Assembly: GCA_023205875.1 (NCBI GenBank)
Contig: CP060755.1
Coordinates: 124,001 to 188,000, forward strand
Direction: 5' to 3'
Origin: Chloropicon primus
Lineage: Eukaryota
DNA: 64,000 nt
The notes under the pieces are model-generated. The model saw nothing but the letters and a program-made list of their open reading frames with translations. It was not told the DNA's origin and ran no database searches. Positions 30,866 through 40,086 of this stretch are shown here, one piece after another (within the stretch, counting starts at the first letter, position 1; every line of letters begins with the position of its first letter). The translations under genes and the position numbers were made by a program.

Positions 30866-32236
30866 TCAGACCAACTCGCGGTAGGAAGCAACCACGTTGC
30901 TCATCAGGGCCGCAATAGTCATCGGGCCAGACCCACCGGGCACAGGGGTGATCCACGAGGCCACCTGGGAGACCTCCTCGAAGTCGACGTCGCCTACGAT
31001 CTCCACCTCGCAAGGAGTGGGGAGGCAACCCTCCGCGAGCAACTGCTTTGAAATTTCTTGGATACAGTCTTGCTCGTTCGTCGGCCTCGCGTTGATGCCT
31101 ATGTCAACGACGATGCACCCCTCCTTGACCCAAGACCTCTTGACCAGCTCAGGGTACCCAATGGCCACGAACAAGACGTCTGCTGTCTTCGTCACGTCTG
31201 GTATGGCACCAACACAGGTTGCGGGCAGATGCCTCTTTCCGCCTCCCGAGGCCCCCCCCCCGGCCTGCAGGGGGGGCAAGCAAGCTTCGGCGGCCGCCCT
31301 GAGGTTGCTGCAGGCCCGCCTGTGCTCTTGGTTTTGGCTGACGAAGTCCCAAGCCGTGCAGTGGCAGACGGTCACGGACACGCAGCCCTCGTCCCTCAGC
31401 AGCATGCTGAGCGGCATGCCCACGGTGTTGGAGTTGCCCAAGACCACCGCCTTCTTCCCTGCAAGCTCAATCCCGTAGCGAGTGAGAAGCTCCACGGCGC
31501 CCCGGGGCGTGCAAGGCACGAAGCTCGGGTGGACGCCCCTCATGGCGAGCCGGCCCACGTTCAAAGGGTGGAAACCGTCCACGTCCTTCTCCGGGTCGAT
31601 GCGCTCCAGGACGGCCTCCTCGTCGATGTGCCGCGGGAGCGGGAGCTGCACGATGACCCCGTCAACGCGTTCGTCCAGAAACAAGTCGTCGAGGCGCTCG
31701 AGCAGCCGCTCTTGCGTGACCTTCTCCGGAAGCTCTATGAGATTGAAATCTATTCCGACGTCCGCCGCGGCCTGACGCTTGCGGTTGATGTAAAGCACGG
31801 AGTCTGGCCTGTTCCCCACGAGCACGACGGCCAGCCCCGGGGGTCTCCGCCCCTGGCCCCTCAGCTCTGCGACCTCCTCGCCTATTTCGGACAGCCACTG
31901 CTGCGCCACCCTCCTGCCGTCCAGGACCCCGTCGGCCCTCCCTCTCGTCTCAGTCTTCATTCCTCGCCGCGCTCCCGCGGGTCGCTTCCCGCGCAAGCCC
32001 TTGTAGCGGTGCACGAACCCGGCTTGGCCCTCGCGCGCCTCGGTGCTCTGGGCCTCTTCCTCCTTCGTCGCGAAGGGACGGACCACCGCCTGCCGCAGGA
32101 GGTTCAGGCTCACCCGTTCGCCCGAACCCACCGCATTCGCCGTCGTCGCCGCCCACTGCTGCGACCACAGCGCGCTCTTCCCGGACCAGACCGCGAGGCC
32201 GAGACCCCTCGTCCTCACCAACCACTGGGTCGCCAT
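30866..32236 (-). CDS. folD: Bifunctional methylenetetrahydrofolate dehydrogenase/cyclohydrolase, organelle-targeted
   Basis: PGLAVVLVG, YINRK, DGVIVQLPLP, KDVDGFHP, FVPCTPRG, VVDIGIN, GDVDF, ITPVPGGSGPMTIAALM. Confidence 0.95.
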   Translation of the reverse strand: MATQWLVRTRGLGLAVWSGKSALWSQQWAATTANAVGSGERVSLNLLRQAVVRPFATKEEEAQSTEAREGQAGFVHRYKGLRGKRPAGARRGMKTETRGRADGVLDGRRVAQQWLSEIGEEVAELRGQGRRPPGLAVVLVGNRPDSVLYINRKRQAAADVGIDFNLIELPEKVTQERLLERLDDLFLDERVDGVIVQLPLPRHIDEEAVLERIDPEKDVDGFHPLNVGRLAMRGVHPSFVPCTPRGAVELLTRYGIELAGKKAVVLGNSNTVGMPLSMLLRDEGCVSVTVCHCTAWDFVSQNQEHRRACSNLRAAAEACLPPLQAGGGASGGGKRHLPATCVGAIPDVTKTADVLFVAIGYPELVKRSWVKEGCIVVDIGINARPTNEQDCIQEISKQLLAEGCLPTPCEVEIVGDVDFEEVSQVASWITPVPGGSGPMTIAALMSNVVASYRELV

Positions 32237-32991
32237 TGTCGGTGAACGAGGCTCACACGCTTTCCAAACCGGAAAGGGACGCAAAAAGAAAAAAGAAAAG
32301 TCGCCACGCGAGTCTTTCTCAGCCCCAAAGACGCAAAACAAGCAGATGCCCCCCTCCCGAGTCCCTCCGGAGTCTTCGTCGACGAAACCCCTCGAGCCTT
32401 GTCCCCGCGATCCTGCACAACGACGCAGCGCCTGACTCTTCTCTCCCCTGCCGCCCAGGCCTCGCCCGCCCCCCAAACAAAACTGTCGCTCTCCTCCGGC
32501 ACGAGAAATCCCTCCGTAGGACAAAGCGCACGAACGGAAAGCAAGACAAGGCAAGACAAGCCTCCTCGTCCTCGTTCAGCCCCTCCCTTCACGTGTCTCG
32601 TTCCCGCTCTTCTCGTTCCCGCAGGAGGCTCTCTCCCTCCAAAGGCGCCAAGACTTACTGAAAACAATATCTCTCCGGTGGCTCCTTGTCCGTAGGATCA
32701 GAGGATTGTTTTTTCCCCAGGGTTGTGATATGAGTGTACACATCACGTACACTCGGACAGGGATCCCACGGATAAGAAATCGAGGAGAATCAAGGAGACA
32801 GTTCTCGTCCATCCATCCAATCCTCCTCGATCGATCGACGACACGGTTGGTTCCGTTCCGTTTGTCCGACCAGAGAGAGCAGAGAGAGGTCCAGTCCCGG
32901 AACTGCACTCCTTTGCTGCACTCCACTCCTTGTTGGATCGAAGCCGAGGTCGTCGTCGTCGTTGTTGTTGTTGTTGTTGGGTTCGTGGTTG

Positions 32992-34908
32992 ATGAAGAGC
33001 GCGAGGCGGGTGAGCTTGGGTGGTTCATCGGGTGCCTTGCCGCTCAAGGCGACCGGGAGCGGGTTCAGCAAGTCTTCTCCTCCGGGGAAGGGGGGGCCGA
33101 GCGCGAGGCGCGGGGGAGGGGTCGGAACCGCCAAGACGGAGCTCAGCTCGAGCGCCAGGGACTTGTCTCGACTCGATCTGGGCGAGTCGTCGTCGAAGAG
33201 GTGCGTGAGGATGAGCGCCGTTGTCCTGGAGGCCGCGCAGGCGACCGCCGTGCCCACGGAGCCCATCGAGGGGCAGAAGACGGGGACCTCGGGCCTGAGG
33301 AAGAAGGCCAGGGTCTTCTCGTCCGGGAACTACCTGGCGAACTGGGTCCAGTCCCTGTTCAACGCCCTGGGGGACGAGCTCAAGGGCGAGAGCATCGTCC
33401 TGGGGGGAGATGGGCGGTGGTTCAACAAGGACGCGGCCCAGATCATCATCAAGATCGCGGCGGCGAACGGCGTGAGGAAGGTGTACGTGGGCCAGGACGC
33501 CGTGCTGGCCACCCCGGCCGCGTCCGCCATCATCAGGAAGAGGAAGCTGTACGGCGGTCTCATCATGAGCGCGAGCCACAACCCCGGCGGCCCGGAGGAG
33601 GACTGGGGCATCAAGTTCAACTACAACAGCGGGGAGCCCGCCCCGGAGAAGATCACCAACCAGATCTACGAGGAGACGAAGGTGATCGACAAGATCCTCA
33701 CGTGCCCGGACATGCCCGACATCGACTTGTCCGCCCCCGGGGAGGTTCAGTTCGGCTCAGACTTCTCCGTCGAGGTGATCTCGTCGGTCGACGACTACCT
33801 GGAGCTCCTGAAGGAGGTCTTCGACTTCGGCATGATCAGGTCCCTCTTGTCGAGCCCGGACTTCAACTTCGTCTTCGACGCCCTGCACGCGGTGACGGGA
33901 GCCTACGCCGAGCCCATCTTCGTGGAGGCCCTCGGGGGAAAGATGGACAGCCTGAAGAACTGCGTGCCCAAGGAGGACTTTGGGGGCGGCCACCCGGACC
34001 CCAACCTGACTTACGCAAAGGAGCTGGTGGGGTTGATGTTCGGCGGCGACGGAAAGTACGACTTTGGAGCCGCGAGCGACGGCGACGGCGACAGGAACAT
34101 GATTCTGGGCAAGGACTTCTTCATCACCCCTTCGGATTCCGTCGCGATGATCGCGGCGAACGCGCAGGAGTGCATTCCTTACTTCAAGGGGGGCCTGAAG
34201 GGGGTCGCCCGCAGCATGCCGACGAGCGGGGCGCTCGATCTCGTGGCGGCCAAGCTCGGCGTGCCGTTCTTCGAGACCCCAACGGGGTGGAAGTTCTTTG
34301 GCAACCTGATGGACGCCGGCAAGTGCAGCGTCTGCGGGGAGGAGAGCTTCGGTACTGGGGGCGACCACGTCAGGGAGAAGGACGGCATCTGGGCCGTCCT
34401 GGCGTGGCTGAGCATTCTTGCCAAGAAGAACGAGGGCTCGGACAAGCTCGTGACCGTCAAGGACATTGCGGTCGAGCACTGGAACGAGTTTGGACGCAAC
34501 TACTTTTGCAGGTACGACTACGAGGGCTGTGACTCGGACAGCGCGAACAGGATGATCGAGCACCTGAGGGGAAACGTGCTTCCCAGCGCCACGGAGGGAA
34601 GCAAAATGGGTCCCTTCACCGTGGCCAAGGCGGACGACTTTGAGTACACGGACCCCATCGACGGGAGCGTCGCGAGCAAGCAGGGCATAAGGATCGTGAT
34701 GGACGACGGCAGCCGCATCATCTTCAGGTTGTCCGGCACGGGGTCGTCCGGGGCCACCATCCGGCTGTACATCGAGCAGTACACCGACGACAAGACCAAG
34801 ATGCTGCTCGACGCTCAGGAGGCTCTCAAGCCCATCATCGACACGGCCCTCGAGGTCTCCAAGCTCCAGGAGTTCACCGGAAGGGACAAGCCAACCGTGA
34901 TCACCTAA
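32992..34908 (+). CDS. PGM: Plastid phosphoglucomutase
   Basis: [32 protein letters not shown]; Ser/Arg-rich transit peptide. Confidence 0.97.
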   Translation: MKSARRVSLGGSSGALPLKATGSGFSKSSPPGKGGPSARRGGGVGTAKTELSSSARDLSRLDLGESSSKRCVRMSAVVLEAAQATAVPTEPIEGQKTGTSGLRKKARVFSSGNYLANWVQSLFNALGDELKGESIVLGGDGRWFNKDAAQIIIKIAAANGVRKVYVGQDAVLATPAASAIIRKRKLYGGLIMSASHNPGGPEEDWGIKFNYNSGEPAPEKITNQIYEETKVIDKILTCPDMPDIDLSAPGEVQFGSDFSVEVISSVDDYLELLKEVFDFGMIRSLLSSPDFNFVFDALHAVTGAYAEPIFVEALGGKMDSLKNCVPKEDFGGGHPDPNLTYAKELVGLMFGGDGKYDFGAASDGDGDRNMILGKDFFITPSDSVAMIAANAQECIPYFKGGLKGVARSMPTSGALDLVAAKLGVPFFETPTGWKFFGNLMDAGKCSVCGEESFGTGGDHVREKDGIWAVLAWLSILAKKNEGSDKLVTVKDIAVEHWNEFGRNYFCRYDYEGCDSDSANRMIEHLRGNVLPSATEGSKMGPFTVAKADDFEYTDPIDGSVASKQGIRIVMDDGSRIIFRLSGTGSSGATIRLYIEQYTDDKTKMLLDAQEALKPIIDTALEVSKLQEFTGRDKPTVIT

Positions 34909-35094
34909 CTCGCCCCGACCCACATTCACAAGCGTGTAATTCATGTTTTTCTTTCCAAGTCAAGTCCATGGACTCCATATTCATTGCAGGGAGTTGAGTT
35001 GATTGACTTTTCTCTTCCTTCCCCCTCCCCTCCCTCCCGCCAGAGGCAGACTCAAATCGTGGAGAGACAGAAGAAGAAGGGAGAACGCAGCGCC

Positions 35095-35493
35095 ATGGTG
35101 GTCCTGCGCTCGAGGGCAAGGGCGACGGCCGCAAGGGCCCAGGCAGTGAGGAACGCGGGAGTCGTGAAGGCGAAGAGACCCGTCGCGAGGGCCGCGAAGA
35201 AGCCTGCCGCGTCGAGGAGCGTGAGAACGGCTCCGACGGAGGCCCTTTCCACTGCGAACTTGAGAGTGTACAGTCCGCGCGGGAAGAAGAAGCAGGCGTC
35301 CTCCTCCGCCAGGGCGAAGGCGAGGAGCCCCCGAACGAAGGAGAGGGTCAAGGTGGTCGTGGGCGGGAAGATCGAGAGCCCGAAGGAAAAGAAGGTGGCG
35401 ACGTTCGACGCCACGAGCCCGAGCATGAAACAGATGAAGGCGTACTTCGACGAGGTGGACAACTTCGACCTGAAAGTGTCCGACTCTGTTTGA
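35095..35493 (+). CDS. Small basic protein with sororin-like C-terminal motif
   Basis: K/R/A-rich disordered body with SP sites; ends MKQMKAYFDEVDNFDLKVSDSV. Confidence 0.65.
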   Translation: MVVLRSRARATAARAQAVRNAGVVKAKRPVARAAKKPAASRSVRTAPTEALSTANLRVYSPRGKKKQASSSARAKARSPRTKERVKVVVGGKIESPKEKKVATFDATSPSMKQMKAYFDEVDNFDLKVSDSV

Positions 35494-35640
35494 CGGCAAA
35501 AGCAAGTTTTTTTTATACTGTAGTTTTACAAGCTTAACTTTTTACTCCACACCACGCCTTGCCGCTCTTGCCAGGCTGCGTTTTGGGTCACAGCAACAAC
35601 CACAGAAAGAGAAGATGGGTCACGCTTATCTTCTTCGTCT

Positions 35641-36692
35641 TCAGGGTGAAAAAAGTTTCTTGCAGTGGGCCCTCAGCGTCTTCTTCTTCTTCACGATTTC
35701 CAGGGTCATCTGATCGGGAGCGACGCTCGTGTCGTGCATCTGGTCCAGAACCTGCATGCCCCTCTGCCAGTCGTTGCACGTCGCGCAGATCTCGAGCAGA
35801 GTGTTGTAGGTGCAAGTGGTCAACTCGATCCCGTCGGTTTCCATCGTCTGCAAAGTTTGCCGTATCTTGGCCCACTTGGGGTTAGCGACGTCCTGGCCGT
35901 AGCCCTTGATCAAAACGCTGAAGGTGACTTCGTCGGGCTCCATCAAGTTGCCGCTGCCGAACAACTCTTGGAACACGTTCTTGTGCGCGCCCGGGAAAGA
36001 AACAAAGGGGGGGGGTCAGTCTCTTCGTCAAACGCAAAGTCCTGGGCCGGTCCTTCTCACCTCGGCGAGGTCCATCTTATTGCTGGCCACGCAGGCGTCG
36101 ATCACAGCCGTCGCCGCAATCCTGTCCGGCTGTATCCCCTGGTTCGCCAAGTCCGCCAGGGTCCGGATGGCCTGCCGCGCGGCCGGGTGAGCGAGAAGTT
36201 GAGCGAGAGTTGAATTGTTGTCAGCACCCGTCCTCCAGGGTCGTGGGATTCCCGGAAAGGAGACTCACCATGTTCGGCTGCTTCTCTCTCCCGAGCTGCT
36301 TTATCCGCCTCGTCGCTTGAATCAGGGCCTTCGTGTTGTACATCTTGACCTGCAAAGGAAGAACACAAGAGCGAAACAGAGTCAGGTGACCTCCTCCGAC
36401 GGCAACGCCGCAATTCATTCACGACACCAGGGCCAACCCCGCCACTCACCACCTCATCCTCAACGTCGTCCTCCACCCCCGCGAGGTAGACGCCGAGCCC
36501 CCCCACGTGACTGGACCTCCTCCAGCCGCATTCCTCCTCCTTCCCTCTCCTCGCCACCCTTCCAGAACGCGAACCTCCCAGCTGGATCCCTTCCCCCTGC
36601 TTCCGTGCCCTGGCCACCCCGTGCCCCCCTCCCCTCGCAGTCGCAGTCCTCCTCCCCCTCCTCAACCTTATCGAGAACGAAGACGGAGCCAT
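35641..36692 (-). CDS. Small pentatricopeptide-repeat (PPR) protein, probably organellar (4 exons)
   Basis: Spliced translation GIQPDRIAATAVIDACV, PDEVTFSVLIKGYG, TYNTLLEICA...LDQM...VAPD; GT-AG introns at about 36449-36350, 36268-36172 and 36060-35980. Confidence 0.8.
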
Positions 36693-36921
36693 CGCGCTCC
36701 GTTTTTCCTTTTCGTTTTCCCTCGGCGCATCGCGCGGGGTTCAGTTCGAGTTCGAGTTCGTTTCGAGGGAGCGGGCCTCTCGAGAGAACCTTGGGACGGC
36801 GTCTCGTGGAGGGAGTGGGCGACGGGGGTTGCCTTGGTCGCGGAACGAAAGGTCTTGTCCACGGCTTTCGAACGGTGCGTCATTGGCGAATTAGAAGGGG
36901 AAGCAGCCGAGCCGAGGGATC

Positions 36922-37977
36922 ATGACGTTGGAGTTGGGTGGGTTGGAGGAGGAGGGGGTGCGTGCGAGGGAGTTGATCGAGGGGTTGGCGGCGAGCGGGC
37001 GGTGGGACGAGGATGAAGCAGCGGAGGTGGCGCAGCTGTTCGAGAGGGAGCCGAAGTTGAGGCACGCCGTGACGAGGGCGTTCATGAAGAACTTGAAATC
37101 CGAGGACCCCGTGTGCGACAGTTTGAGGAGGCTGACGGCCACGACCGTGGAAACGACCGTAGGGACGCTCGTGGCGTCCTTCCTGCCGCACGCGATCAAG
37201 CAGGTGATATCGAGCGTGTACCACGACGCGACGGACTTCAAAGCTCCTCTGCACAGGTTCGTCATCGCTTCCAACAACTTGGTGGCCAAATTCTACGAGC
37301 TGGGAATGTTTGACGCGGAGCTTCCGGACTTGAGGGCTCCTTCCGACCACCACACCCCGAAATTGTACCACGCCCACGCCAACTTGAAGAAGCACGACAA
37401 GGGCGGAGATGCGAGGGGGAGAGCCGTGCCTCGCACGTTCACCGGTCAGGTCGTGAACTCGTGCCTGAGCTCGGAGTTGTTCGTGGGAAGCTTCTCCTGC
37501 ATCGTCTACTTCATTCGACGGATGGGGGCGTGCGCGCACTTGGACGTGATCTCGCTGTGCCTGCACACGATCTGCCACGGGATCAAGTCCTTGGAGTACA
37601 AAATCCAGGTCATCGTCGGAAACCTGAGGGAAGACACGGTGGCGGTCGAGCAGGACAGGGTGAAGGTGCTGATCGCCAACTTGCTGCAGATCTACTCCAT
37701 CAACAACAAGGAGGACCAGACGGCGACGGTGTTGAAGGTGGTGAGGGCGCTGAACTCCAAGGAGACCGCCTCCTATCACTATGACGCGGTGAGGTATGCG
37801 ATCAGCGGCGACATGTACATAGTGATGTCCCAAGCCCTGGGGTACCTGAAAAAGCACCAGAAGGACCCCCTTGTGAGCAAGATGACGGTTTACGCGTGCC
37901 ACCTGATGCGGGAGAGGGCCCTGGTGGACCTGAACAGCGAGGGAATCATGCTCAGCGAGTGTTTGTGCAACATGTGA
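36922..37977 (+). CDS. Divergent hyccin/FAM126-like protein (tentative)
   Basis: 351-aa intronless ORF; DPVC..L, FLP, ELPDLRAPSDHHTP and RERALVDLNSEGIMLSECL resemble hyccin blocks. Confidence 0.55.
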   Translation: MTLELGGLEEEGVRARELIEGLAASGRWDEDEAAEVAQLFEREPKLRHAVTRAFMKNLKSEDPVCDSLRRLTATTVETTVGTLVASFLPHAIKQVISSVYHDATDFKAPLHRFVIASNNLVAKFYELGMFDAELPDLRAPSDHHTPKLYHAHANLKKHDKGGDARGRAVPRTFTGQVVNSCLSSELFVGSFSCIVYFIRRMGACAHLDVISLCLHTICHGIKSLEYKIQVIVGNLREDTVAVEQDRVKVLIANLLQIYSINNKEDQTATVLKVVRALNSKETASYHYDAVRYAISGDMYIVMSQALGYLKKHQKDPLVSKMTVYACHLMRERALVDLNSEGIMLSECLCNM

Positions 37978-38055
37978 GAACAACCACCCAATTGTGCACT
38001 ATTCGCTTCTGTAAATGTATTTGTATTGTACTCACTCGGCAAGGAAAATCCCCTT

Positions 38056-38490
38056 TCAGTGCACGACGACGCCTTCACCGACGATCTCCTCCGATATCGC
38101 GCACACTTTCGCGTAGTTCTTCACCACCCGCTCCTCCGTGATCGCCTTCTTGTTCAGGAGCTCGCCCAAGCTGGCCAGAAACAGTTTCATCGTCTTCGCC
38201 ACTCGAGCGTGGTTCTTGTCCCGCGTCCCACTGCAGAACAGGACGACGTCCGAAATGCGCTGGAACACGAGGTTGTGCGACTTGTACGTCGAGGTGTAGC
38301 AGTCCGACGCTTTCCCTTCCCCCTCCGACCCACCCAGAATCCCCTCCACCTTGGCACACTCTAAGGAAGCCTGCACGAGCTCCTTTCCCTCCCCCTCTCC
38401 CTTGAGCCAAACCCGCTCCAGGAGAACCCCTCCCGTCTCCGAGGACGCTATCACTAAGCTGGTTATCCCTCCAAACGCCGGGAAGCTCAT
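38056..38490 (-). CDS. Longin-fold sigma/zeta-adaptin-like small subunit, TSPOON/LOLITA-like
   Basis: ITSLVIASSETGGVLLERV, YKSHNLVFQRISDVVLFCSG, ITEERVVKNYAKVCAISEEIVGEG; about 144 aa. Confidence 0.7.
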   Translation of the reverse strand: MSFPAFGGITSLVIASSETGGVLLERVWLKGEGEGKELVQASLECAKVEGILGGSEGEGKASDCYTSTYKSHNLVFQRISDVVLFCSGTRDKNHARVAKTMKLFLASLGELLNKKAITEERVVKNYAKVCAISEEIVGEGVVVH

Positions 38491-38806
38491 CCCTCCAAAC
38501 ACTCGCCCTTGGCTCCTCCAGAGTGTCCTTCCCCTCCCCTGCTGGCGCGAGCGAGAGAGAGAGAGAGAGAGGAGAGGAGAGGAGAGGAGAGGAGTGAGGT
38601 GCGAGGGGATGGACCCGCCTCGAGGCAAAGACTCTGAGACGAAGGAGGACGACCTTCCGCCGGGTTGGAGGAAGAAGCAAAGCAAATCGAGGCCGGGAAA
38701 GTCCTGGTAAGAGAGAGAGAGAGAGGGTGGTGACCAACGGAGCGAGGAGAGGGGAGAGGAGAGGGGAGGATCGATTGGCAGGCACCTGTCATTCCTCGCA
38801 TCGACC

Positions 38807-39673
38807 ATGTACTCTGCGAGGAGGAGGCCGGGGGGTGGACGAAGCGGGAGGCAAGGGCAGCAGAACTACTACTTGGCGATATCGCTCTTCGCCCAGTTGG
38901 CCCGAAGGCTCAACGAGCTCGACAAGAAGCCTCCCGTGACCGTCCTCCTTCTCGGGTTGAACTGCGTCGCGTATTATGGAAATAGTTTCGTTCCAGGAAT
39001 AATGGACTTCCTCCCTACGGTTGGGGAAGCCTGCCTACGCCCTGAGCGGCTGGTACGAGGGGAGTCGTGGCTGGCCCTGTTCAACCCCGTCCGGATGATA
39101 TTTTCTCCGATTCTCCACGGGAGTGAGCAACACCTCTTCCATAACATGATGTCGCTGGTGAACAAGGGCGTGCAGCTGGAACTCAAGCACAAGCCCGCGG
39201 CTTTCGCGCTGATGACGGGTTTTCTCGCCCTGGGGTCCTCTTCCCTGTACATCGTGTTGTCTCACCTGGGGGAGGTGATGCTCGGCATGAGGCCAAGCTG
39301 CGCGATAGGGTTCTCAGCAATCTTATTTGGATTTAAGGTGATCGCAACTCTCGACTCGGGTCGAGGGGGGGGGCAGGGCCAGAGCTTCTTCGGCCTCCAC
39401 GTCCCTCAGGGCGTGTACCTGAGTTGGCTGGAGCTCGTCACGATCCAGATGGCCTACCCCCAAGCCTCGTTCCTGGGGCATCTGTGCGGCATCCTCTGCG
39501 GTTGGACCTACCACGCGCTCTTCATGGGGAAAGCGGGACCGGGTCGAGGTTCGTTCTTCAACACCTTTCGATCGAGAGCGAGGTTCCACGGCAGCGGCAC
39601 GACGGGGGAGGGAAGCACCGGGAGGCCTTCACCGAGCTATGCAAGGACCCAGAGGACGAGGAAGTTCAATTAG
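38807..39673 (+). CDS. Rhomboid protease, RHBDD1/RBL14-like
   Basis: KPPVT, HGSEQHLFHNMMSL, CAIGFSAILF (catalytic Ser), WLELV, SFLGHLCGI (catalytic His). Confidence 0.9.
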   Translation: MYSARRRPGGGRSGRQGQQNYYLAISLFAQLARRLNELDKKPPVTVLLLGLNCVAYYGNSFVPGIMDFLPTVGEACLRPERLVRGESWLALFNPVRMIFSPILHGSEQHLFHNMMSLVNKGVQLELKHKPAAFALMTGFLALGSSSLYIVLSHLGEVMLGMRPSCAIGFSAILFGFKVIATLDSGRGGGQGQSFFGLHVPQGVYLSWLELVTIQMAYPQASFLGHLCGILCGWTYHALFMGKAGPGRGSFFNTFRSRARFHGSGTTGEGSTGRPSPSYARTQRTRKFN

Positions 39674-39678
39674 CATTG

Positions 39679-39694
39679 ACACACACATACACAA

Positions 39695-39730
<36 letters not shown>
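39679..39730. repeat. (AC)n microsatellite
   Basis: Directly visible in the rhomboid 3' region. Confidence 0.95.
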
Positions 39731-39734
<4 letters not shown>

Positions 39735-39770
39735 CCATCCATATAACAAAATTTTTTGATGTTCGCTCCC

Positions 39771-39904
39771 CCGTTAGTTTTGTGCAAAGGTCGTTTCAGT
39801 TTGAGTTTCTCGAAATGACCATTCCGCCCTTAGCAAGCAAGCAAGCTCGCGAGCAAGGGCAGCTCGTACTAACAAACGTGTGTGCAACCCTGAGGAGTTA
39901 CACA
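39771..39904 (-). ncRNA. Candidate omegaRNA (reRNA) scaffold
   Basis: Four stems: 39904-39895/39890-39881, 39873-39868/39778-39773, 39860-39853/39834-39826, 39820-39812/39797-39789. Overlaps and follows the TnpB stop codon. Confidence 0.65.
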
Positions 39905-40042
39905 TTTTTGGGTTCACGCAAGTGCTTGAGAAGGATGTTGCGTGCCCCGTTCGCATCCCGATCGCACTTGAAGCCACACTCCTGGCACTTGTAAACCTTT
40001 GCTCCACCCAGGTTCTTCTTGATGTGTCCGCACCTGCCACGT
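39898..40042 (-). pseudogene. tnpB: TnpB/Fanzor C-terminal fragment (zinc finger plus RuvC-III)
   Basis: Manual minus-strand translation 40038->39898: GRCGHIKKNLGGAKVYKCQECGFKCDRDANGARNILLKHLREPKNV*. The upstream ACGT|GGC is consistent with ACG TGT GGC (T-C-G) minus 2 nt. No recognisable TnpB sequence further upstream. Confidence 0.88.
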
Positions 40043-40086
40043 CCCCTTTTTTGTCTCTCCCTCTCAAGAAGACAGGACAGAAGAAG

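Larger units (their letters stand above)
39768..40042 (-). mobile_element. 5'-truncated TnpB/Fanzor2 (IS607-like) element remnant: 3' end of nuclease gene plus right-end omegaRNA region
   Basis: TnpB C-terminal coding fragment followed immediately by a multi-hairpin region ending in ACTAAC-GGGGG on the minus strand. Confidence 0.8.

Noticed and set aside
39771..39904. Structured region as a tRNA or spliceosomal snRNA
   Set aside because: No tRNA T-loop/cloverleaf or U1/U2/U5/U6 signature seen; its position at a TnpB 3' end explains it better.
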